From: Candidatus Hydrogenedentota bacterium
Lineage (GTDB): Bacteria > Hydrogenedentota > Hydrogenedentia > Hydrogenedentales > JAEUWI01
Length of the DNA stretch: 64,000 bases
Reading direction: 5' to 3'
Assembly (NCBI GenBank): GCA_034669905.1
Contig: JAXMOL010000011.1
Coordinates: 64,001 to 128,000, forward strand
Part shown: in pieces, positions 54,382-63,162 of the stretch
How positions within the stretch are numbered: position 1 is the first letter of the stretch
Layout of the letters: the number at the start of each line of letters is the position of its first letter
Program-made: the position numbers and the translations under genes
The notes under the pieces: model-generated
Database searches by the model: none
Seen by the model: only the letters and a program-made list of their open reading frames with translations
What the model was told of the DNA's origin: nothing

Positions 54382-56193
54382 CTAGTCGGAAACCCCGTAT
54401 TCGGCGAGCTTCAGGTAAAGCGTGCTCCGACTGATTCCCAGCACCCGTGCACTCTTGGCCCGGTTGCCGGAACATTTACGCAGCACCTTCATGATATGCT
54501 CCCGCTCCATCTCGGCGAGGGTACTCAGGGGGCCCTCTTGGACGGTCTTCGGGGGCTGAATGTTGCCATCCCGCCAGATGTCTTCCGCGCTAATTAGCGC
54601 GGTGCGGGTCCGATGGGCAATGCGCTCAACCGTATTCCGAAGTTGACGGACGTTTCCGGGCCAATGGTGGCCTTTGAGCACTTCGATGGCGTCTTCCGAC
54701 AGGACATGCACCAGGCGCTCATCCTCTGCGGCCATGACATCCAGAAAGTGTTGGGCGAGCCCTGGGATGTCGCCGATACGACTCCGAAGCGGCGGGGCCT
54801 GAAGGGTGAATCCCGCCAGCCGGTGATAGAGATCGCTCCGAAACTCCTTATCGTCGACCGGTCGATTGGTGGCGGCGACGAAACGTACATCCACGCGTTC
54901 CTCCGCAGTGGCCCCCACAGGCCGAAAGGTCCCCTGCTCCAGAACCCGGAGGATCCGGGCCTGATTTTCCGGACTGAGGTCCCCCACTTCGTCGAGAAAC
55001 AGGATACCCCCGTCGGCCAGGGTGAGCAATCCCCGCCGGGCGACGTGGGCCCCCGTAAAGGCGCCACGCTCATGACCGAAGAGCTCGCTCTCCAGCATAT
55101 TGGCGGGAATCGCCGCACAGTTTACGACGACAAAGGGCTTGTCCGCCCGCTCACTGTTCCGGTGGATAGCCTCGGCAATCAGTTCTTTTCCCGTACCGGT
55201 CTCCCCGGTAATAATGACATTTAACGGAGTTCGGGCCGCCTCGTAGACGAGATTGCGGAGGGATTTCATCACGGGACTGCGCCCGACCAGGGGCATTAGT
55301 TCGTCGACCTCCGCGGCCGTCAGGCGCTTATTCAGTTGAAGTATCGACTCATGGTGCCGTGCCGCATGGACGCAGGGGCCAACCAACCCGCAGAGATTCG
55401 AGAAGAAGGTGAGCACCGTTTCCCGGTCCGCATCCTTATTAATCTTTGCCATTTTCACGACGGCCAAGCCCAAGACCTCGTCCCCGTGGTACAGGGGGGC
55501 GAGGAACAGATAGCGCGCATCGAGATCTTCTCGCGGAACGGCGGTGGAAAAGGCACGGCGTTGCTCGACGGCCTTGTCGAGGGTGTCGGACGGAATCAAA
55601 GACCGATAGTCCTTGCCCAGCGCGGTGTCCACCGGCCACCCCCCCTCTTCCTCTACCAGTATATGGGCCGTGCTTTCCCCAAAGCGCTGGGTCATTAGTT
55701 CCGCGATCTGGCGGGCGAGAGAGGCTTCCGAACGAATATGACTGCAGACCCGGCAAAAACGGAAGAGGAGAATGTAGTCGCTGGTCGTGCCGGGCCAGGC
55801 CCCATGCTGTTCGATGCTGTCAAGCCCCAGGCTATCCAATTCAATGGAGATCGTTTCCGAATCGGGACGTTCCCCATTGGGGCCGTTGTTGGCACCGGCA
55901 ACGGCGGTTACGAGGAAAACGGCCCGCCCCACGCTGAATTCATCGCCCACCTGTAATACGGCATCTTTTTCCGGTACCCCTTCGACCAGGGCGGGGTTGC
56001 GGCTCCCCATATCTTCCAACCGGATACCATCGAGCACCTTGATAACCCGGCAATGCTGACGGGACACCGTGCCATCGTCGACGACGATATCACAGCGATA
56101 CGAGCGCCCAATGGTCAGCGCCTTTTGATCCACCACCCAAGCCGAGCCACGGGTATACCCGGCCTTGGCCGTAATCATAAACTGCATGGTCAT
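54382..56193 (-). CDS. Sigma54 enhancer-binding protein: FHA + GAF-like + AAA+ + Fis-type HTH
   Basis: FHA IGRS..CDIVVDDGTVSRQHC..DMGSRN; GETGTGKE, ESELFGHERGAFTGA, LFLDEVGD, WPGNVRQLRN, LGISRSTLYLKL. Confidence 0.95.
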   Translation of the reverse strand: MTMQFMITAKAGYTRGSAWVVDQKALTIGRSYRCDIVVDDGTVSRQHCRVIKVLDGIRLEDMGSRNPALVEGVPEKDAVLQVGDEFSVGRAVFLVTAVAGANNGPNGERPDSETISIELDSLGLDSIEQHGAWPGTTSDYILLFRFCRVCSHIRSEASLARQIAELMTQRFGESTAHILVEEEGGWPVDTALGKDYRSLIPSDTLDKAVEQRRAFSTAVPREDLDARYLFLAPLYHGDEVLGLAVVKMAKINKDADRETVLTFFSNLCGLVGPCVHAARHHESILQLNKRLTAAEVDELMPLVGRSPVMKSLRNLVYEAARTPLNVIITGETGTGKELIAEAIHRNSERADKPFVVVNCAAIPANMLESELFGHERGAFTGAHVARRGLLTLADGGILFLDEVGDLSPENQARILRVLEQGTFRPVGATAEERVDVRFVAATNRPVDDKEFRSDLYHRLAGFTLQAPPLRSRIGDIPGLAQHFLDVMAAEDERLVHVLSEDAIEVLKGHHWPGNVRQLRNTVERIAHRTRTALISAEDIWRDGNIQPPKTVQEGPLSTLAEMEREHIMKVLRKCSGNRAKSARVLGISRSTLYLKLAEYGVSD

Positions 56194-56338
56194 GATACCT
56201 ACCCCTCTCGATAGCCACCTTGTATGCCCTTAGCGACCCAATCACCCGACGTTCACACGCCATAAATCAGTGCTTAAGCTCTCCTCATAGTACGCTAACT
56301 CACCACAATTAGCCAAACCTTTTGTCCCTTCCCGGGCC

Positions 56339-56380
56339 TGTCCGATTATCGTTCAATGGCTTGTGTCCGATTAACGGACA
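56339..56380. promoter_or_regulatory. Candidate tandem enhancer (UAS) sites
   Basis: Perfect TGTCCG-N5-CGGACA at 56364-56380 and degenerate TGTCCG-N5-CGTTCA at 56339-56355. Confidence 0.65.
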
Positions 56381-56464
56381 ACTCCTATTCCCGGGCCGCC
56401 TAATTTCCCCACCGCATCGCAGAAACCCTTTTAAAACAGGGGTTGACCGGGTCAGCACGCGCAT

Positions 56465-56480
56465 TGGCACAGTTCTTTCT
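56465..56480 (+). promoter_or_regulatory. Candidate sigma54 -24/-12 promoter
   Basis: TGGCAC-N5-TTTCT (one mismatch from TTGC), about 85 bp downstream of the palindromes. Confidence 0.6.
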
Positions 56481-56490
56481 TTAGCAGGGT

Positions 56491-56720
56491 AGCTTCAATC
56501 TGGATTCTGCTTCAGAGGGTGAAACCACTTGAGGCTTCGCAGGGGCGATTGCGCTGTCGCCCCTGCGGAATTTAATTAACAGCCTGGGAGTCTGCGGATG
56601 CCCTCGCTGATGAAAAAGACAAGGCGCCAAAGTTGAACCTGATCTTGCTTCTTTGCTCCAAGACATTCGGAACGGAACCGCCCCTCCCCCAAGCCCGCCC
56701 GTGTGTCTTGGGGTTTTTTG
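56491..56720 (+). ncRNA. Candidate sigma54-dependent small RNA or small-peptide transcript
   Basis: Lies between the candidate sigma54 promoter and a terminator; strong hairpin cgcaggggcga/tcgcccctgcg; only tiny plus-strand ORFs. Confidence 0.4.
56687..56720 (+). terminator. Intrinsic terminator-like hairpin with U tract
   Basis: ccccaag...cttgggg followed by tttttt. Confidence 0.6.
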
Positions 56721-56891
56721 TTGTTCGACTTTCTGGCCTGCCGATTCGCCGGGTTGAAAGCGCAACGAAAATCCCGCATAATTAGGCACCAATTCATCGT
56801 GCGGCGGTCTGCTGTGTCTGAGACCTTGCTCAGACCCGCGTTGATCAAAGCAATCAAACCCTTACCGCGCGCCTGCCAGTCGGAACGTTGC

Positions 56892-57686
56892 ATGCCCATA
56901 CACCCTACAGCCATTATTCATCCGAGTGCCCAACTCGCTGCTGATGTGGAGGTCCAGGCCTTCAGCATTATCGAGGAGAACGTTCGTATTGGTGCAGGCA
57001 CCATTATCGGCCCCCACAATGTCGTTGGTGCGGGCACGGTCATGGGCGCGCACAACCGCACGTATAGCGGTGCCCAAATTGGCGTGGCCCCGCAGGACCT
57101 GAAACACCATCATGATCGAAAAGGCCGCACGGTGCTGGGCGATCACAATATCGTGCGCGAATTTGTGACCGTCAGTTCCAGCACGGTGTACGGCGACGCC
57201 CCCGAAGAGCAAGACAAGGCAACCCGGGTAGGGAGCCACTGTTTGCTGATGGCGACCTGCCACGTGGGACACGATTGCGTGCTGGGCGATCACGTTATTC
57301 TGGCCAATGGCTCTCCCCTGGCCGGGCACGTCACCGTTCAGGACCGGGCCTTCATTGGCGGCCTGACGGGCATCCACCAGTTTTGCGTCATCGGCACGAT
57401 GGCCTTCGTGGGAGGCATGGCCCGGGTCAACAAAGACGTGCCCCCCTATATGCTCTGTGAAGGCCATCCCGCACGCTGTTTCGGCCCCAACGTCATTGGT
57501 CTGGAACGGAATGGCCTGTCTTCCGAACAGATAAAAACGATACGCACCATCTATAAACTCATTTATCGCTCCGATCTCAACATGAGCCAGGCGGTGGCGC
57601 GCATCGAGGCGGATGTGCCCGATTGCGCAGAAAAGAAGACCCTGCTCGATTTCATTGCCCAGTCCCAACGTGGATTGACGAAATAG
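56892..57686 (+). CDS. lpxA: Acyl-ACP--UDP-N-acetylglucosamine acyltransferase
   Basis: IHPTAIIHP, APQDLK, NIVREFVTV, HVGHDC, LAGHV, IHQFC, DVPPY, NVIGLER. Confidence 0.95.
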   Translation: MPIHPTAIIHPSAQLAADVEVQAFSIIEENVRIGAGTIIGPHNVVGAGTVMGAHNRTYSGAQIGVAPQDLKHHHDRKGRTVLGDHNIVREFVTVSSSTVYGDAPEEQDKATRVGSHCLLMATCHVGHDCVLGDHVILANGSPLAGHVTVQDRAFIGGLTGIHQFCVIGTMAFVGGMARVNKDVPPYMLCEGHPARCFGPNVIGLERNGLSSEQIKTIRTIYKLIYRSDLNMSQAVARIEADVPDCAEKKTLLDFIAQSQRGLTK

Positions 57687-57691
57687 GATTC

Positions 57692-58081
57692 ATGGCGAAG
57701 TCCGATCTTAAATCCCTTTTGGAACAGGCCGCAGCGGCCTACCAGCATGAAGACTACCCCCTGGCCCAGCAGTTGGCAGCGTCTGCGACCCGCGCCGATT
57801 CGAAGAGCGTGGATGCCTGGGATTTTCACGGCATGGCCAGCCAGGAGTTGGGTGACCGGGAGGCCGCGGTTGAGTCCTACAAGAAGGCGCTGAGACTCGC
57901 GCAGCAGGCGTACAAGAAAAACCCGAAAGATGGGAAGATGGCACTGCGCCAGTTGTTTTTGCTGATGCGGCTCGATCGCAAGGCCGACATTGAAGCACTG
58001 CTGGCACTCCTGCAAGAGCGCCATCCGGATAGCCCGGGCTTAAAAAAACTCATCGCCTCCTATCGGTTGCGTCAACGGTGA
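57692..58081 (+). CDS. TPR-containing protein
   Basis: AWDFHGMASQELGDREAAVESYKKAL TPR pattern. Confidence 0.7.
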   Translation: MAKSDLKSLLEQAAAAYQHEDYPLAQQLAASATRADSKSVDAWDFHGMASQELGDREAAVESYKKALRLAQQAYKKNPKDGKMALRQLFLLMRLDRKADIEALLALLQERHPDSPGLKKLIASYRLRQR

Positions 58082-58277
58082 TCGGCACCGTTGAAAGCGG
58101 CGCACCGCTTCGGTTAGCATACGGTCAGCGCTGTGGGGTACGGCGTCTTCTTTCCTCCAGATTCCACGCGATGACCCTACCCCGGCTTGATGCCCTGTCG
58201 CTTGGCTTGCGTTGACGCGACGGGAGCGCATCGATGCCCATAGCCCCCTTATCGACCCACCCATGAAGGACGAGAAC

Positions 58278-59231
58278 ATGCCCCCTATTCGTACGGGAGT
58301 CGTTGGTGTCGGACACCTTGGATACCATCATGCCCGGAATTATGCGGCACTGGACGGTGCCGAGCTGGTCGGCATCGTGGACCCTTCCGAAGCCAACCGC
58401 GCCAAGGCGGCGGAAGACTTCACGGTCCCCGGCTTTTCCGATGTAAAGGGCCTGATAGCGGTGGGCGTGGATGCGGTTTCCGTGGTGACGCCCACGGTAA
58501 GCCATGGGGAAGTGGTCAATGAACTCCTCCAGGCAGGGATCCATGTATTGGTGGAAAAGCCCATCGCCCCCACCTTGCACGAGGCGGAAACCATGGTGGC
58601 CCTCGCACGCACCCACCAGCGCATTCTCCAGGTGGGTCACATCGAACGGTTTAACGGAGCGGTGTTGGCCTTTTCCCAGGCAATCCAGGCCCCGCGCTTT
58701 ATCGAATGCCACCGCCTCAGCCCCTTCCCCGGACGGGGCACCGACGTGAGCGTGGTCCTCGACCTCATGATCCACGACCTGGACATTATCCTGGCGATGG
58801 AACCATCGGAAGTCGTCTCGTTGGACGCGGTGGGGGTGCCCGTGTTTTCGGAGAGCGAAGATATTGCCAACGTACGCCTTCGCTTTGCGTCCGGGTGTGT
58901 GGCCAACCTTACCTGTAGCCGGGTGTCGCTGGACCGGATGCGGAAAATTCGCATCTTCGAAGAAAACGCCTATCTCAGCACGGACTACAGTGCCCAGGAA
59001 GTGCTCGTCTACCGCAAGAAGTCGGGTCCCATACCGGTGGGCGAGAATCCTATGGAACACATCACGATGGAGCCCCTCCCCGTCGAGAAAGACGAACCCC
59101 TGAAACTGGAGCTTCGCTCCTTCGTCGACTGCGTGCGGGAAGGCAAGCCGCCCATCGTAAGTGGTGAAGACGGCATCAAGGCCCTCCGGCTGGCCCAGGA
59201 CATCATGGACTTTATTCGGGAACACGCGTGA
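58278..59231 (+). CDS. Gfo/Idh/MocA oxidoreductase, GnnA-like (UDP-GlcNAc 3-dehydrogenase candidate)
   Basis: GVGHLGYHHAR, HVLVEKPI, QVGHIERFN, DVSVVLDLMIHDLD; located between lpxA and lpxB. Confidence 0.85.
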   Translation: MPPIRTGVVGVGHLGYHHARNYAALDGAELVGIVDPSEANRAKAAEDFTVPGFSDVKGLIAVGVDAVSVVTPTVSHGEVVNELLQAGIHVLVEKPIAPTLHEAETMVALARTHQRILQVGHIERFNGAVLAFSQAIQAPRFIECHRLSPFPGRGTDVSVVLDLMIHDLDIILAMEPSEVVSLDAVGVPVFSESEDIANVRLRFASGCVANLTCSRVSLDRMRKIRIFEENAYLSTDYSAQEVLVYRKKSGPIPVGENPMEHITMEPLPVEKDEPLKLELRSFVDCVREGKPPIVSGEDGIKALRLAQDIMDFIREHA

Positions 59232-60349
59232 AACGAATTTACTTTGTAGCCGGGGAAGAGTCCGGCGATATCCACGGCGCCAACCTGATTCGTGCGCTAC
59301 AGGCCGCCCGGGAAGGTGTGGCGTGCGAAGGACTCGGTGGGCAGCGCATGGCCGACGTGGGTATGGACCTCCACTATGATCTGGCGGGAGAAGCCATCAT
59401 GGGCTTTACCGAAGTGGTCCGCAATTTCCCCCGCATCCGTCGCCTCTTTCTGGACACGGTTGCCCACCTCGAAGCCACCCGCCCCGACGCCCTCGTGCTC
59501 ATCGACTACCCCGGATTCAACATCCGCCTGGCCAAACGGGCCCACGCCCTTGGCATTCCCGTTATTTTCTATATCAGCCCCCAGGTGTGGGCCTGGAAGA
59601 AAAAGCGCATCCACACGCTGGCAAAATACGTGGACAAGATGCTGGTCATCTTCCCCTTTGAAAAGCCCCTCTACGACAAGGTGGGTTTGGACTGCGCCTA
59701 TGTGGGCCACCCCCTGCTGGACCATATCCAGGCCTATGAGCGCGCCGCAGAACCCGGCGATGATCTCGTTATTGGCCTTTTGCCCGGGAGTCGTGAGCAG
59801 GAAATTAAGCGCCTCCTGGAACCCATGATCGCCGTGGCGCGGGGCATCCGCGCGCAACACCCCGACGCCCGATTCGTAACGCCCGTCGTCAATGCGACCC
59901 GGGCCGAACAGGCGCGGGCCCTTATTGGCGACTTCCCCCTGGAAATCCAGGTTGGCGGCATGTATGACATTCTTGCCCAAGCCCGATGCTGCCTGGTCGC
60001 TTCGGGAACGGCCACCCTGGAGACCGCGCTTTTTGGTGTGCCCATGATCATCCTCTACAAAGTGACCACCGTGACTTATTGGCTCGCACGGCTCTTGGTA
60101 GACATTCGGCACATCGGTATAGTAAACATATTGGCAGGCCGCGAAGTGGTCCCCGAATTTATTCAGGGAGCCATCCAGCCCGACCAAATCCTACCCAGAG
60201 CGCTTGCGCTGATAACCCCCTCCCCCGAACGGGATGCCATGTTGGCCGATCTCGATTCGGTACGCGCCCAGTTGGGTGCCGGGGGCGCATCCGCCTGCGC
60301 CGCACAAGAAATCCTCACTCTCATCGATGGAGCAGCCCCCCATGCGTGA
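59228..60349 (+). CDS. lpxB: Lipid-A-disaccharide synthase
   Basis: AGEESGD, IDYPGFN, YISPQVWAW, YVGHPL, LLPGSREQE, SGTATLE. Confidence 0.96.
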   Translation: MKRIYFVAGEESGDIHGANLIRALQAAREGVACEGLGGQRMADVGMDLHYDLAGEAIMGFTEVVRNFPRIRRLFLDTVAHLEATRPDALVLIDYPGFNIRLAKRAHALGIPVIFYISPQVWAWKKKRIHTLAKYVDKMLVIFPFEKPLYDKVGLDCAYVGHPLLDHIQAYERAAEPGDDLVIGLLPGSREQEIKRLLEPMIAVARGIRAQHPDARFVTPVVNATRAEQARALIGDFPLEIQVGGMYDILAQARCCLVASGTATLETALFGVPMIILYKVTTVTYWLARLLVDIRHIGIVNILAGREVVPEFIQGAIQPDQILPRALALITPSPERDAMLADLDSVRAQLGAGGASACAAQEILTLIDGAAPHA

Positions 60350-63065
60350 CCGCATCTTTCTCGTCGACGGTATGGCCTACGCCTTTCGCTCCTACTACGC
60401 GATCCGGGCCGCCCTCACCGATACGGAGGGCAACCCGACCAACGCCCTCTATGGTTTCACCCGGGTCCTCCTGAAGCTGATTCGCGAACACGACCCCAGT
60501 CACGTAGCGGTCATATTCGACGCGCCCGGGAAAACTTTTCGCGACGAGATGTTCGCCGATTACAAGGGCACACGAAAAGAGACCCCGGCCGACCTCAAGT
60601 CCCAATTCCCCATGATGCACGACATGGTAAAAGCCCTGAACATTCCCCTGCTGGTCATCCCCGGCGTCGAAGCGGACGATGTTATCGGCACCCTGGCGAA
60701 GCAGGCCGAAGCCGATGGGATGGACGCCATCATCGTGACGGGTGACAAAGATCTCCAACAGATGGTAACCGAGCACATCGCTGTTTTCGACCCTTCCAAA
60801 GGCGACAACGGACAATGGTACCGCGAGGCCGAAGTGCGCGAACGCTTTGGGGTGGGCCCGGAAAATGTCATCGATGCGTTGGCGCTGATTGGTGATTCGG
60901 CGGACAACGTACCCGGCGTGCGGGGCATTGGTGACAAGACCGCCAAAAAACTTCTGGAAAAGTATACGTCGCTTGAAGGACTCTACGCGCACACCGACGA
61001 GCTGAAGGGCAAACAGAAGGAGCGCATCCTCGAAGATCGCGAGCAGGCCTTTTTCAGTCGTGAGCTCGTCACCATAAAAACGGATGTGCCCCTCGAGATT
61101 ACGCCGACCGAATGCATCCGCCAGGATTTCATTGAGTCGGAACTGGTGGCGGCGCTGACACGCTTTGCCTTTCACACCCTGCTTGAAGAATTGGCCCCCG
61201 GCAACAACGTGGGTGAAACGACGACGTGCGAATACCAATTGGTGTTGACCCGGGAAGAACTCGATGCCATGGTGGCCCGAATGCGGGCGGCGGGAACCTT
61301 TGCGGTAGACACGGAAACAACCTCCACCAACCCCATGATGGCCCAACTGGTCGGCATATCGTGCTGTTGTGACGATGAAATAGCCTACTATATTCCCATC
61401 AACCACACCGCAGAGTCGCTCACATATATGACCGACCCCGATGACCTGACAACCTGTGTGCGGCTGGAGCCCCTACCGGCGGCCGAAGCGTTGGATACGG
61501 TCCGCGAATTATTTTCCGATGTAACGATTGGCAAGGTGGGGCATAATATTAAATATGATATGGTGGTGCTGGAGCGGGCGGGTGTTCCCTTACAGGGCAT
61601 CGTGATGGATACGATGATTGCATCGTACTTGACAGATCCCTCTCAGTTAAGGCACAATCTAGATGAAGTTAGCCTCCAATACCTCCGACGGAAACTCATC
61701 CCCATTTCTGATGTAATAGGAAAAGGGTCGAAAGCCGTCACCTTTGATCACGTTCCCATCCACGCGGCCTGCACATATGCAGCCGAAGACGCCGATGTCA
61801 CGTGGCAACTCCACCAAGTCTTTCGGGAACAATTGAAGGACCGTGAACTTGAATCGTTGTTTTCCGACGTTGAGCTCCCCCTCATTCACGTTTTAGCCCG
61901 GATGGAACAAGCGGGTATCGCGGTTGAAGAAACCGTCTTCCACAAACTCCACACCGAGATTGAGACGCGACTGGGCGAGTTAACCACGGAAATCATTACC
62001 TTGGCCGGGGAGCCCTTTAAGATCAATTCGCCCAAGCAACTGCAGGGCATTTTGTTTGATAAGCTTGGACTGACCCCGGTGCGAAAAACCAAAACGGGGT
62101 ACTCTACTGACGAACGCGTTTTAGAGCAGCTGGCCCACGAACATCCGCTTCCCGAGAAAATCCTCGAGTATCGGATGCTGGAAAAACTGCGTGGCACCTA
62201 TGTGGATGCCCTCCCGCGGTTGATCCACCCTGAGACCCACAAGATACACACTTCCTACAATCAGGCCGTAGCGGCAACAGGACGCCTGTCCAGCAGTGAC
62301 CCCAATCTTCAAAATATTCCGATTCGCAATGCTTTCGGCAAACGCATTCGGGAAGCCTTCATACCGAGCCAACCCGATTATCAGTTGATCTCGGCCGACT
62401 ACTCACAAATTGAATTACGTGTTCTGGCGCATCTGTCCGGAGACACCCAACTCATCGAAGCCTTTCAGCGCGATGCCGATATCCACACGGAAACGGCCGC
62501 AAAGGTCTTTGATGTGGACCGGGAAGCGGTCACCGACGACATGCGCCGACGGGCTAAGGCCGTTAATTTTGGCGTGGTATATGGGATCAGCGCCTTTGGT
62601 CTGGCTCGAAACCTGGGGATCAGCAATGCCGAAGCGGGTCGTTTTATCGACGGCTACTTCGCACTCTACCCCGGGATTCAGGCGTGGCTTGACCGCACGA
62701 TGGAAGAAGCCCGGGAATCGGGTTATGTAACCACCGTGCTCAATAGACGTCGTTACGTACCCGATATTACCAGCGGGAACGCCAATGTACGGCGCGCTGG
62801 AGAACGGGTCGCGATTAATACGCCGGTGCAAGGGAGCGCCGCGGACATTATTAAACTGGCTATGATCAAACTGGACGCGGCCCTCCGGGAGGAGCCTGCC
62901 ACCTTGCTGCTTCAAGTGCACGATGAATTGGTCGTGGAAGCGCCGGCGCAGGACGTGGACCAGGTCACCCGTCAGATGCAGGAAATAATGGAGAATACCT
63001 TCACACTCGACGTGCCTTTGAAAGTCGATGTGGGAGTTGGGAATAACTGGGCAGAAATTCATTAG
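60342..63065 (+). CDS. polA: DNA polymerase I
   Basis: 5'-3' exo (LVDG..AFRSYY, EADD, GDSADN), 3'-5' exo (DTET, HNIKYD, YAAED), polymerase (DYSQIELR, KAVNFGVVYG, QVHDE). Confidence 0.98.
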   Translation: MRDRIFLVDGMAYAFRSYYAIRAALTDTEGNPTNALYGFTRVLLKLIREHDPSHVAVIFDAPGKTFRDEMFADYKGTRKETPADLKSQFPMMHDMVKALNIPLLVIPGVEADDVIGTLAKQAEADGMDAIIVTGDKDLQQMVTEHIAVFDPSKGDNGQWYREAEVRERFGVGPENVIDALALIGDSADNVPGVRGIGDKTAKKLLEKYTSLEGLYAHTDELKGKQKERILEDREQAFFSRELVTIKTDVPLEITPTECIRQDFIESELVAALTRFAFHTLLEELAPGNNVGETTTCEYQLVLTREELDAMVARMRAAGTFAVDTETTSTNPMMAQLVGISCCCDDEIAYYIPINHTAESLTYMTDPDDLTTCVRLEPLPAAEALDTVRELFSDVTIGKVGHNIKYDMVVLERAGVPLQGIVMDTMIASYLTDPSQLRHNLDEVSLQYLRRKLIPISDVIGKGSKAVTFDHVPIHAACTYAAEDADVTWQLHQVFREQLKDRELESLFSDVELPLIHVLARMEQAGIAVEETVFHKLHTEIETRLGELTTEIITLAGEPFKINSPKQLQGILFDKLGLTPVRKTKTGYSTDERVLEQLAHEHPLPEKILEYRMLEKLRGTYVDALPRLIHPETHKIHTSYNQAVAATGRLSSSDPNLQNIPIRNAFGKRIREAFIPSQPDYQLISADYSQIELRVLAHLSGDTQLIEAFQRDADIHTETAAKVFDVDREAVTDDMRRRAKAVNFGVVYGISAFGLARNLGISNAEAGRFIDGYFALYPGIQAWLDRTMEEARESGYVTTVLNRRRYVPDITSGNANVRRAGERVAINTPVQGSAADIIKLAMIKLDAALREEPATLLLQVHDELVVEAPAQDVDQVTRQMQEIMENTFTLDVPLKVDVGVGNNWAEIH

Positions 63066-63162
63066 TCTTAACAATCTTTGTAGTGGAGCATTGGCGTTCC
63101 TGTACTCCCTACCAACCCTATGTGGGCAATCCACAAAAACAGGAACAGCGAAAGGATTCAGC

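Noticed and set aside
56491..56720. Assignment as tRNA, 6S, SRP, tmRNA, c-di-GMP riboswitch or CsrB-like RNA
   Set aside because: No diagnostic motif recognised by eye; the few GGA triplets are not clearly above chance
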